From positions 128,001 through 192,000 of the forward strand of contig JBGARZ010000007.1 in assembly GCA_044229975.1 (NCBI GenBank): 64,000 nucleotides of DNA. The letters run 5' to 3'. This stretch comes from Polyangiales bacterium (GTDB lineage Bacteria > Myxococcota_A > Polyangia > Polyangiales > Ga0077539). Shown here one piece after another: positions 40,408 through 49,079 of the stretch. Made by a program: the position numbers and the translations under genes. Below the pieces are notes generated by a model. The model saw only the letters and a list, made by a program, of their open reading frames with translations, was not told the origin of the DNA and ran no database searches. The stretch's first letter is position 1. Each line of letters opens with the position of its first letter.

Positions 40408-41372
40408 GCGTCTGCTCGCTTCCAGCTCGCCGCGCCGCGCTCGCCATCGCTGCCTCGCTGCTCTCGTTCTCCATCAACGCCAGCGCGCAGACCGTCCCCG
40501 CTCCCACGACCAGCGTCGTGCCCGCGGCTGCGCGGCCCACCAGCGACCGCATGACGCGCGACGAGCGCATCCTCTTCGGCCTGCTCACCGCGACCTACGG
40601 GCTGCGCCTCGGCTCCGCCATCAACCTCGGCGCCTTCGGCCGAACGCCCGATGACCCCGAGCCCGAGACCTATTGGCTACTCCCTGGAGCGCTCGCCATC
40701 GCCGTCCCGGTGGGCGCGCTGCTCATCGAGCACCGCTACCCGCTGCGCCGCGGGCGTGGACTGTCGGCGGGCACCGGCGGCCTCATGGGCTACCTCGCCG
40801 GGACGGCCCTGCGGTCGTGGATTGCTGAAGAGTCGTTCCCTTCGAGCGCGACCCTCTCCGGGTGGACCACCTTCATCGGAACCACCTCCGGCATCGCCCT
40901 CGGCGCCCTCGTCGGTCACCTCACCGACGCCACCCCCGCCGACGCGCTCTACGTCGGGACCGGCGGCGTGGGCGGCGCGCTCCTCGGCGGCCTCGTCTGC
41001 GGCTCGGTGCGCTGTGGCACGAGCCTCGGCGCCTACGTCCTCGTCGGCGAGGTCACGCTGCTCACCACGGCGCTGCTCACCCGCTCGCGGGTGCGACCCA
41101 CGGCGCCCACCATGCGCCTCGTCGGCGCGGGCGCGCTCGGCACCGGCGTGCTCATGGGCGGCGGCGTGCTGCTCGCCCACGCCGTGCGCGACGGCGAGAT
41201 CACCCGCGAAGGCGTGCAGCGCAGCGCCGTCTTCGGCCTGGCGGGTCTGGTGGTGGGGGCGGTGACCTTCTTCGCGATCGGGCGGCAGGCGGAGGGGAGC
41301 GCGACGGTGGTTCCGACCGCGCAGGTGACGGGGCCGGGCATGGTGCTCGGGCTCGCGATGAGCAACCGGTAG
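40404..41372 (+). CDS. Gly-rich exported/membrane protein
   Basis: Signal peptide ending ASA-Q; several Gly-rich hydrophobic helices; GTGA coupling to uppP. Confidence 0.7.
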   Translation: MSVCSLPARRAALAIAASLLSFSINASAQTVPAPTTSVVPAAARPTSDRMTRDERILFGLLTATYGLRLGSAINLGAFGRTPDDPEPETYWLLPGALAIAVPVGALLIEHRYPLRRGRGLSAGTGGLMGYLAGTALRSWIAEESFPSSATLSGWTTFIGTTSGIALGALVGHLTDATPADALYVGTGGVGGALLGGLVCGSVRCGTSLGAYVLVGEVTLLTTALLTRSRVRPTAPTMRLVGAGALGTGVLMGGGVLLAHAVRDGEITREGVQRSAVFGLAGLVVGAVTFFAIGRQAEGSATVVPTAQVTGPGMVLGLAMSNR

Positions 41373-41444
41373 AACACCCCTTCGACGACGGTGCGCCATG
41401 CGCAGTGTGTGACAACCCCCGCGGGACGGTGAGAGTCTCCGCGC

Positions 41445-41825
41445 ATGACACCCGCAGCTCGTTCGCTCCTCGCCGTCCTCCCGCTGCTGCTCGTCGCGTC
41501 TGCGCCGTCGACGGCCTGGGCGCAGTCCGCGGCCGTGTGTGCTCCCGCGGTGCCGATGGAGCCGCGCGGTCCTGGCAACCACGACGCGCCCGAGCGGCTT
41601 CACTCGGGGCGTCATGTGTTGCGTATCGACGGTCGCATCCAGCTCGTCGTGCGTGGCGACCGCCCGGTGCGCGTCGACGGGCTCGCTCCCGGCGTGCACA
41701 CCATCGAGTACTTCTACGACGGGCACCGCATCGCGACCGTTCGGCGGAGGCTGCGCGCGGGGCAGGTGCTCGGGCTGGTGCCCGACGACTACGACGGCCC
41801 GCAGGTGCTCCCGGCGCGCTGCTGA
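41445..41825 (+). CDS. Small secreted protein (PEGA-like beta domain possible)
   Basis: Signal peptide AWA-Q; RVDGLAPGVHTIE. Confidence 0.6.
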   Translation: MTPAARSLLAVLPLLLVASAPSTAWAQSAAVCAPAVPMEPRGPGNHDAPERLHSGRHVLRIDGRIQLVVRGDRPVRVDGLAPGVHTIEYFYDGHRIATVRRRLRAGQVLGLVPDDYDGPQVLPARC

Positions 41826-41882
41826 GTCGGCGCGGCGTCGCCCTCCTTCCACCACGCGTGGCGGTCGTGGTGTCATCGCCCC

Positions 41883-42440
41883 ATGAGCCACGACACGCTG
41901 GTCCCTTGCGGCGGCTGCCATCGTCACGTGCGTTTGAGCGAAGCCGCCTGCCCCTTCTGCGCACACTCGCTCGCGGGCGCTTCGGCCGATGGCGTCGTCC
42001 CGGAGCCCGCGCAGCGCCTCAGCCGCGCGGGCGTGCTCGCCTTCGCCGCGGCCTTCCTCTCGACCGCGTGCCCGGCGCAACCCGCGCCGCCGACCCCCAA
42101 CAACAACGGCGGCGTGATGCAGACCATCTACGGCGGTCCGCCGCCTCCCACGCCGCCACCACCGACCGTCGACGCTTCGGCGCAGGCCATCGTCCCGAAC
42201 GCTCCCTTGTATGGCGGTCCGCCTCCCGAGCCGCCGCCGCCGCCCTCCCTGCCAACCGCCGACGCGTCGACCGTGCCCTCGACGCCTCCGACGCCTCCGC
42301 ACCGCCACCGGCGCGAAGCGCACGCGCAGGAGACGCCCCACGCGGTGCCCATGCCTGCGTACGGCATCTCCCCTCGGCCCGACCCCGGCAGCATGGTGAC
42401 CCGCTACGGCGCGCCGCCACGCCCCGACGTCGACGACTGA
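41883..42440 (+). CDS. Zinc-ribbon lipoprotein with four YGx(x)P motifs (paralog 2)
   Basis: CGGCHRHVRLSEAACPFC; RLSRAGVLAF...STAC; MQTIYGGPP, APLYGGPP, MPAYGISP, MVTRYGAPP. Confidence 0.8.
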   Translation: MSHDTLVPCGGCHRHVRLSEAACPFCAHSLAGASADGVVPEPAQRLSRAGVLAFAAAFLSTACPAQPAPPTPNNNGGVMQTIYGGPPPPTPPPPTVDASAQAIVPNAPLYGGPPPEPPPPPSLPTADASTVPSTPPTPPHRHRREAHAQETPHAVPMPAYGISPRPDPGSMVTRYGAPPRPDVDD

Positions 42441-42548
42441 CGAGCGTCGTCGGCGGTTCGTCGAAGTCCTCCGCGCGTCGCCCCCTCCCTCACCAACCGA
42501 CCATCTTCCATGTTGTTGGTTGACTATTTTCCGTGATATTCTGCATGC

Positions 42549-44225
42549 ATGATTTCCTCGTTTTTGTCTGGTCGCGCTGAAAAGCGCCCTTCTCCCAGCG
42601 GACCTGAGGTCACTTCCCGTCCGCCGCCTCGCACCTGGCGCGAGCGCGCCCGGCTGCTCCGCTACGACGGTCATCGCCTCCTGGGCATGGCTCAGGTCGC
42701 GGGGCGCTTCGGCATCGCCGACCCTCAATCGAGTCTCTACGACCTGCTCTTCGCGGTCGGCGTGATGGACTCGCCGCCTCCTGCCCACGTCGACCCGCCG
42801 GAGCTCGACCCGATGCCGTGGGGTGGACGCGAGTACGCCGCGCCGCCGCCGACGCCCCCACCGGGCTTCGACTGCATGTGGCCCCAGGCGCCCGCGGTGC
42901 ACCCGGAGTTTCCCACCGCGGTGCTCAACGTGAGCGCCGAGGAGAGCCGGCATCACCTCTACAAAAACGCCGCGCGCTACCTCGGTCAGGCGCTCGCCCT
43001 CGTTCCCCGCGCGGTGCTCCGCTGTTGGTTCAATGACCCGCTGGCGACGATGGACGCCGCGCGCTTCGACGCGATCATCTCGGAGACCTGCTTCGCGCAG
43101 TACCTGAGCGACGTCGTCGACGAGGACGACCTCGCGTCCCTCGGTTCTCCCAGTGAGCCGGTCTTCGTGATCGACGCGGTGCCGGTGGACGACGTGCCGA
43201 CCTTCGATGGCCTGCATGTGTCCCGCTGCCGCGTCTTCTTCGTGCGCGGCGAGGGCGACCGCTTCGCCGTCCGCGCCGTCCGCATCGGCGACCAGCTCTT
43301 CCGCCGCGACGACGGGCCCGACTGGTCGTTATCCCTCTATCACGCCTTGATGGGAATCAATTACCACCTGCTCGCCGGCCAGCACGGCATGCTGCACTTC
43401 CCCTATGACGCCATCAACGCAGTGACGCAGAGCCTCGTGCCGCGCGGGCATATCCTCTATCAGATATTGCGGCCCTTTACCCGATACACGCTGGGCATCA
43501 ACAAAGCGGTGTTGAACCACCGTCGCTCCGTCTATCACAACTCACAACGGGAGATCTATTCGCCCTTCGCCATGAGGAGCGCGGTGATTCGCGCGGTCAC
43601 GGCCCTCGGCTACAACGGCGTCGAGGGCGACCCCTACCACCGGCCCTACTGCTTCGGACAACGGCGGATGGTCCCGAGCGCGTACAAGCGCTTCCTCGAT
43701 GACTGGGAGTCGGCGATCGGGGAGCTCGTCTCGACGGTGGCGGCGGGCATCCCGAAGGGCGACCCGTATGTGCGGGCCTGGGCGGACGCGCTGGCGGGGC
43801 ACGTCCCCGGCTTCCCCGATGGCGAGAGCGTCTTCGTGGGCGACGCGCTGGCCCGCGCGGTGACGAGCTACATCTTCACGGTCACCGTCCACCACGCCGG
43901 GGACCACCACAGCTACGCGACGATTCCGGTGGAGGAGAGCCCGCTGCGGCTGCGCGTGCCGCCGCCCGATCGTCGCGCCCCGCGGCCCTGGCGGCGCGCC
44001 GACCTCCAGACCCGCGAGGACTACTTCCGCCACCAGCTCGCGCGGCCGATGTACTTCGCCCCGGTCAACATGGAGACCATCGACCAGGTGGTCTTCGGGT
44101 TTCAATCACGACACTACAAAGACGCGGTGAAGCTGTTTCGCGCGCGCATGGTGGAGATCGACGAGCGTTGGGCCGGGAGCCGCTTCCCGAGCTCGCGCGA
44201 GATCGCCTGCAGCATCCAGTACTGA
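42549..44225 (+). CDS. Divergent lipoxygenase-like protein
   Basis: HLLAGQHGMLHFPYDAINAVTQSLVPRGHILYQILRPFTRYTLGIN aligns to the LOX His cluster; VTVHHAGDH; C-terminal IACSIQY. Confidence 0.75.
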   Translation: MISSFLSGRAEKRPSPSGPEVTSRPPPRTWRERARLLRYDGHRLLGMAQVAGRFGIADPQSSLYDLLFAVGVMDSPPPAHVDPPELDPMPWGGREYAAPPPTPPPGFDCMWPQAPAVHPEFPTAVLNVSAEESRHHLYKNAARYLGQALALVPRAVLRCWFNDPLATMDAARFDAIISETCFAQYLSDVVDEDDLASLGSPSEPVFVIDAVPVDDVPTFDGLHVSRCRVFFVRGEGDRFAVRAVRIGDQLFRRDDGPDWSLSLYHALMGINYHLLAGQHGMLHFPYDAINAVTQSLVPRGHILYQILRPFTRYTLGINKAVLNHRRSVYHNSQREIYSPFAMRSAVIRAVTALGYNGVEGDPYHRPYCFGQRRMVPSAYKRFLDDWESAIGELVSTVAAGIPKGDPYVRAWADALAGHVPGFPDGESVFVGDALARAVTSYIFTVTVHHAGDHHSYATIPVEESPLRLRVPPPDRRAPRPWRRADLQTREDYFRHQLARPMYFAPVNMETIDQVVFGFQSRHYKDAVKLFRARMVEIDERWAGSRFPSSREIACSIQY

Positions 44226-44240
44226 TACCGATTCACCTCG

Positions 44241-44515
44241 TGGAGGTTCGCGAAGTGGGCCGGGGTTCACGGTGCAGGCTCCGCGTCCGTCGCGCTCCGT
44301 TCACCCCGGTCAATGGTAGGGGGTCACCCCGCCGCTGCGCGACGGGGTTGCAGGATCGGATTCATTCGAGATCCGTTGTTGAAGTCGTCGAGAGACCTCT
44401 CTTGCAACCCCGTCGCGCAGCGGCGGGGTGACCCCTACCATTGACCGGGGTGAACGGAGCGCGACGGACGCGAAGCCTGCACCGTGAACCCCGGCCCCCA
44501 CGTCGCGAACGTCCA
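44241..44515. repeat. Long inverted-repeat element, family C
   Basis: ~112-bp arms 44241-44352 and 44403-44515 nearly perfectly complementary; inner end gtcaccccg...cggggttgca; between convergent genes. Confidence 0.9.
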
Positions 44516-44555
44516 TGGGGCAGATCGGTATGAGGCGCCGCGCCGTCGGCGCCGA

Positions 44556-45653
44556 TCACTCCCCCAGCCAGCGGCTCGCGATGGCGGCGATGGTGCCGTC
44601 CTGGCGCAGCGACAGGAGCGCGACGTCGATGGGCACGCGCAGGCTGCTGCCGTGGCGCACCGAGAAGCCGTACCCGAGCGGCTCGTACGACGCTTCGGAG
44701 ATGGTGAGCTGGAGGTCGGGGCGTTGGTTGAGCAGGTGCCGCAGCGCGGGCCGATCGAACACCACCGCGACGACCTCGCGGCGCACCAGCGAGCGCACCG
44801 CCCCGTCGAGCGTGCGGAACTCCACGGCCGTCCCGCCGTGGTGGCGCACGAAGAGCGGCGAGGTGGTTCCGCCGACGGTCGCGACGCGGCGGCCGCGCAG
44901 GTCGCCCGAGGTGAGGATGGACGCCGGGTCGAGCTGCGAGAGCGTGAGCGCGGTGGTGAGCGACGCCGTGAGCGACGACGTGATGACCAGCGCGGAGAGC
45001 ATCCACACGCCCGCGATGAGGCGCCCCGCCGGAGTGACGGGCGCGCGGTCGCCGTAGCCCACGGTGGTCATCGTCACGAGCGCGAGCCACACGCCGTTGG
45101 CCACACCCGGCCCCGCCGCCGTCGGAAACTGCGCCCCGTTGCGCCGCCGCTCCGCGAGCCAGAGCAGCACGCCCACCAGCAGCACCGCCAGGGTGATGGA
45201 CGCCGCGCCCAGCGCGAAGGTGCGCGAGAGAAACGGCCGGATGCGGTCGGAGTACCGCCGCTCGGCCGGCGCGAGGATGGCGAGGCTCGCGTCCTGGTAG
45301 GGCTGGCTGAAGGCCACGCGCTGCGCGCGCTCGGCGGTGATGCTGGTGGGTCCGACCCCGACGTCGACCTCGCCTGCGGCGACCAGCCGGAGGAGCTGCT
45401 CGGTGCTGTCCACGCGGCGAAACTCGTAGGTCCAGTGGTTGCGCGAGGCGACGTCGCGCCACACGTCGACGCTGAGGCCGTTGGGCTCCGCTCCTTCCAC
45501 ATCGGGCGCCACCACGAAGGGCGCCGACCCCGCGACGCCGACGCGTATCGGGTGCGCGGCGGGTTCTGGCGGCGTGATCGGTTGTGCGATCGCGGCCCGC
45601 GACGCGAGCGCCAACGCCGCGATGGAAAGCCAGCGGGTGATCGGGTTGGCCAT
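44556..45653 (-). CDS. GluR0-like ligand-gated K+ channel (SBP family 3 split by an M1-P-M2 pore)
   Basis: Signal peptide; SITAERAQRVAFSQPY; TMTTVGYGD selectivity filter; C-terminal S2 lobe. Confidence 0.9.
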   Translation of the reverse strand: MANPITRWLSIAALALASRAAIAQPITPPEPAAHPIRVGVAGSAPFVVAPDVEGAEPNGLSVDVWRDVASRNHWTYEFRRVDSTEQLLRLVAAGEVDVGVGPTSITAERAQRVAFSQPYQDASLAILAPAERRYSDRIRPFLSRTFALGAASITLAVLLVGVLLWLAERRRNGAQFPTAAGPGVANGVWLALVTMTTVGYGDRAPVTPAGRLIAGVWMLSALVITSSLTASLTTALTLSQLDPASILTSGDLRGRRVATVGGTTSPLFVRHHGGTAVEFRTLDGAVRSLVRREVVAVVFDRPALRHLLNQRPDLQLTISEASYEPLGYGFSVRHGSSLRVPIDVALLSLRQDGTIAAIASRWLGE

Positions 45654-45921
45654 GGAGGGTCGCGACTCTATCGCGGGGCGTTCAGGTGATCCCGAAACCG
45701 GCGGCGTGGCGGGTCGAGGGTCGCCCCATCGACTGCCCCGCTGAACGCACCGGCGGTCGAATGGTCGCAGCGCTCTTCTGCCTCGCGTCCGTCATGCACG
45801 CGCGGGCGGTGCGGTCGACCTTTCTCCATTACCGCGAGGAGTTCACGCCGTGAACGGAGGGCGCGCTTCAGAGCGCGGGTACAGGCGATTGGTTGCAGTG
45901 CTGACGTTCGGAGAAGACGGT

Positions 45922-46099
45922 GTTGGGAGGCAGAAGCCGCAAGGGCGCGAGGGTCGCAAGGACCGGGGTTTCATGAGGAGTGGAGACGAGCGCCGTGTGC
46001 GTGAGGGCGGTGCTTTGAAAGACTGCGGGCCCATACGTCCGCTCTTCTGAAACTCCGATCCTTGCGACCCTCGCGCCCTTGCGGCTTCTGCCTCCCAAC
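45922..46099. repeat. Inverted-repeat element, family A
   Basis: 52-bp arms 45922-45973 and 46048-46099, 2 mismatches; core aagccgcaagggcgcgagggtcgcaagg shared with 441-469. Confidence 0.9.
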
Positions 46100-46198
46100 G
46101 CCGCCAACGCCAGCTCCGAACATCCGGTCGCATTGACGCGCGCTTGACGCGAGCGCTGGGTTCATGGCGCTTCGTCGGTCACCAAGGAGGGAGCGCAG

Positions 46199-46426
46199 AT
46201 GTTCGATTTCTTTCGCCGCCGCAAGGCCAACGGTCTGCTGGAGCGAGCCAGGGAGGCGCAGCGCAAGGGGGAGCGCGAGGAGGCGGCGCGACTCTTCGAA
46301 GAGGTGATCGCGCTCGGCACGGACCTGGCCGGTACCGCGGCCGCTACGCTCGCGGCGATGGCGCACGAGCGCGGGGACCACGCGAAGACCTGTCGTCACC
46401 TGGAGAGAGCACGCAGGGCGTGCTGA
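46199..46426 (+). CDS. Short TPR-like protein, possibly truncated
   Basis: Strong RBS aggaggg; MFDFFRRRK; one TPR-like helix pair. Confidence 0.5.
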   Translation: MFDFFRRRKANGLLERAREAQRKGEREEAARLFEEVIALGTDLAGTAAATLAAMAHERGDHAKTCRHLERARRAC

Positions 46427-46571
46427 TGCCCGAGGAGGGGGTGCTCGCGCTGCAACTCGGCGACGGAGGGCGCGCTCCAGATCGCGGGTACGTGCGACTA
46501 CGTCGTGGACTGATCGCTCGTCGACCGAGGGAGCGCCGCCCGGCGTCGAGCGTGGTAGTGCGGAGCCCACG

Positions 46572-47600
46572 ATGATCTCCATCGAACCGGCGTTCGACGT
46601 CCAGTTGGAGCATGGCGCGTACCTCCTCGCGGCCTCGGCCTCGGGTCACGTCGCCGCCCTCGACTCGAACGGAAAGGGCACCCTCCTCGGGTCGGATGGG
46701 GCGGTTTGCGCGCGGTTCCAACTCTGCGCGCGAGCGATGGGCCTGGCGCTCTCGACGCAGGGCGAGTGGATCGCGGCGTCCAACGAGGACGGGTTGCGCG
46801 TGGTTCGCGCGACCGGCGAGGAGGTGTGGCGAGCGTCTGGCTCGACGCAGGGCGTGGTGTTCACGCGCGGCGATTCGCTGCTGTGGAGCGTGGTCGTCGT
46901 GTCGCCATCCCTGGGCCGCGTGCAGGTCCGCGACGTCGCGACGTCCCAGGTCGTCAGCGAGGTCGAGGTGCCAGACCCCTTCGAACACTCGGTGTGGGTG
47001 CTGCTGAACCGTCCGGCAGACGACGGCGTCGTGCTCTGCTGCGTGTGGCCTCACGGAGGGCGCGCGCTCTTCCACCTGTCGCTCGACGGCGGGGCCGTTC
47101 GCGTGGCGCAGATTCCCGGGCACGACACGGCGACGGAGCCCCGCTTCGACGCCACGGGATCGCGCTTCCTCGACGTCGGGAACGACCGGGTCCGGCACCG
47201 CGAGTTTCCGGGCGGCGCCGTGTTGGGAGAGCTGTACTGGACCCCCGACACCGACTGGGTCGGGGACTACGTCTGCTACGCCACGGCGGAGCACGCGGTG
47301 GTCGTCTCCGGTGGGGGGCATCTGCACCTGCTCCGGTTGCGCGAGATGACGCTCGTCGACGAGCTCGTGCTGAGTGGCCACGAGCCGCAGCTCCTGAGCG
47401 CCCTCTACGATCAGCTGACGGGGAAGGATGCGCTGTGTGGAGACGCCGGCTACGTGCAGTTGCATCCCGCGGGTGGCCTCGTGTCGGCGCATCGTCATCT
47501 CGGGCGCTCGCTGAGCGATCCGGCGAAGTCGCGCGTGCTCCGGTGGCGCCTTCCTGCGGAACTCGATCCGACCGCGGCGGCGGCCCGCGCTCTCCCGTAG
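46572..47600 (+). CDS. Hypothetical beta-propeller-like protein
   Basis: WD40-like beta repeats (LALSTQGEWIAAS, RFDATGSRFL). Confidence 0.6.
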   Translation: MISIEPAFDVQLEHGAYLLAASASGHVAALDSNGKGTLLGSDGAVCARFQLCARAMGLALSTQGEWIAASNEDGLRVVRATGEEVWRASGSTQGVVFTRGDSLLWSVVVVSPSLGRVQVRDVATSQVVSEVEVPDPFEHSVWVLLNRPADDGVVLCCVWPHGGRALFHLSLDGGAVRVAQIPGHDTATEPRFDATGSRFLDVGNDRVRHREFPGGAVLGELYWTPDTDWVGDYVCYATAEHAVVVSGGGHLHLLRLREMTLVDELVLSGHEPQLLSALYDQLTGKDALCGDAGYVQLHPAGGLVSAHRHLGRSLSDPAKSRVLRWRLPAELDPTAAAARALP

Positions 47601-47646
47601 ATCGGGTCGCCACACTCCCACGTGATGCGCGTCGGCGCGCGAGGGA

Positions 47647-47977
47647 GGCGGTCGGACCGCGAGCGCCCACTGCGCGGTTGCGGACGGCCCGTGGGCGGGC
47701 CTGCAACCGCTGAAGTGGGAGGCTGGAGCTGGGCGTCCCGCCGTCGCGGGACTTGCTGGCGGAGCGCCGAGCGCGCTGCGCTCGACGAGTGGAGGTAGAG
47801 GCTCGCCGAACGGCTTGGAGAGGAACGTCTTCACCCTCTCGACGGTCGCTCCAGCGACCGGCGCTCCGACAGGAAGTCCCGCGACGGCGGGACGCCCAGC
47901 TCCAGGTCCCGACTTCAGCGCGAGCAGGGCCACAGGCCCGTCCGCGAGCGCGCAGTCGGCGGCCTCCGATCGACCGC
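47647..47977. repeat. Inverted-repeat element, family B (more diverged)
   Basis: cgctgaagtgggaggctggagctgggcgtcccgccgtcgcgggactt pairs with aagtcccgcgacggcgggacgcccagctccaggtcccgacttcagcg; right arm matches 15600-15670. Confidence 0.85.
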
Positions 47978-48171
47978 TCTCACGTACGTTGATGCACAAC
48001 CCGTGGGCACTGAACCCACCGAGGTCGAACCGTCGCAGCTCGCGCCTGGGTGGTCGATGCCCGTCGCTTCGCGACGGTTGAGGAGCGTCGGGCTGACCTG
48101 AGCGGGCGCTGAGCTCGCACATCCCTCTCGACACACCGATGGGGTCCCGCCGATACTCTCTCCCGCATGTG

Positions 48172-49032
48172 ATGGATGTGGGCGATCTCATCGCAGATCG
48201 GTTCGAGCTGGAGAGGGTGGCAGACCGCGGCGGCATGGCCGACGTGTGGCTGGCGCGCGACCGACACTCCGGGGCACCGACGGCGGTGAAATTCCTTCAC
48301 GACCGCACGGGTGATTCGGAGTTCGAACGGCTTGCGCGCGAAGCCCAGGTGCTCGCGGGCATCGTGCATCCGGGGGTGGTGCGCTACGTGGCTCACGGCA
48401 CTGCGCCCGGGGGAGTGCCCTTTCTCGCGATGGAGTGGCTGGAGGGTGAGACGCTGGCGCGTCGCCTCGCGGGAGGGCCCATCGGAGTCGGCGAGACGCT
48501 GCGGGTGCTCCGCGCCGTCGGCGACGCGCTCGCGGCTGTGCATAGCCGCGGCATCGTGCACCGCGACCTCAAGCCACAGAACCTCATGGCGGTGGGAGGC
48601 GACCTCTCGCGGCTCAAGCTCATCGACTTCGGCATCGCCCGATGGGACGAGGTGCTCTACGCGATGACGCGCACCGGCGTCGTCGTCGGCACCCTGGGGT
48701 ACATGGCGCCCGAACAGGCTCGCGGTGAGCGCGACCTCGATGCGCGCGTGGACATCTTCGCCCTCGGATGTGTCGCCTACGAGTGCATCGTCGGGCGCCC
48801 GCCCTTCGCGGCGTCCACCTCCGTCGCGCTGCTGGCGCGCCTCGCCCTTGAGACGGCGCCGCGGGTGAGCGAGACCTCGCCCGACATCCCCGCCGAGCTC
48901 GATGACCTCATCGCCGCGATGCTCGCGCGCGACCCGGCGAAGCGCGTCGCCGACGGGAGAGCGCTCGCGTCGAAGCTCGCGGCCTTCGACGCGACATCGT
49001 CGCGAGCGTTGACACCCGCGCGGGAGAAGTAG
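48172..49032 (+). CDS. Ser/Thr protein kinase (kinase domain only)
   Basis: RGGMADVW, AVK, HRDLKPQN, DFG, GTLGYMAPE. Confidence 0.92.
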   Translation: MDVGDLIADRFELERVADRGGMADVWLARDRHSGAPTAVKFLHDRTGDSEFERLAREAQVLAGIVHPGVVRYVAHGTAPGGVPFLAMEWLEGETLARRLAGGPIGVGETLRVLRAVGDALAAVHSRGIVHRDLKPQNLMAVGGDLSRLKLIDFGIARWDEVLYAMTRTGVVVGTLGYMAPEQARGERDLDARVDIFALGCVAYECIVGRPPFAASTSVALLARLALETAPRVSETSPDIPAELDDLIAAMLARDPAKRVADGRALASKLAAFDATSSRALTPAREK

Positions 49033-49079
49033 GAGTACCGTGCAGCAGCCTCAGGCCTTCAACCAGTGAGCGACACGCG

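Noticed and set aside
44241..44515. Long hairpins as integron attC sites
   Set aside because: No RYYYAAC/GTTRRRY box pairs with cassette-like co-oriented ORFs, and no integron integrase
46134..46170. Tandem TTGACG hexamers upstream of 46199 as a sigma70 promoter
   Set aside because: No convincing -10 element at the proper spacing
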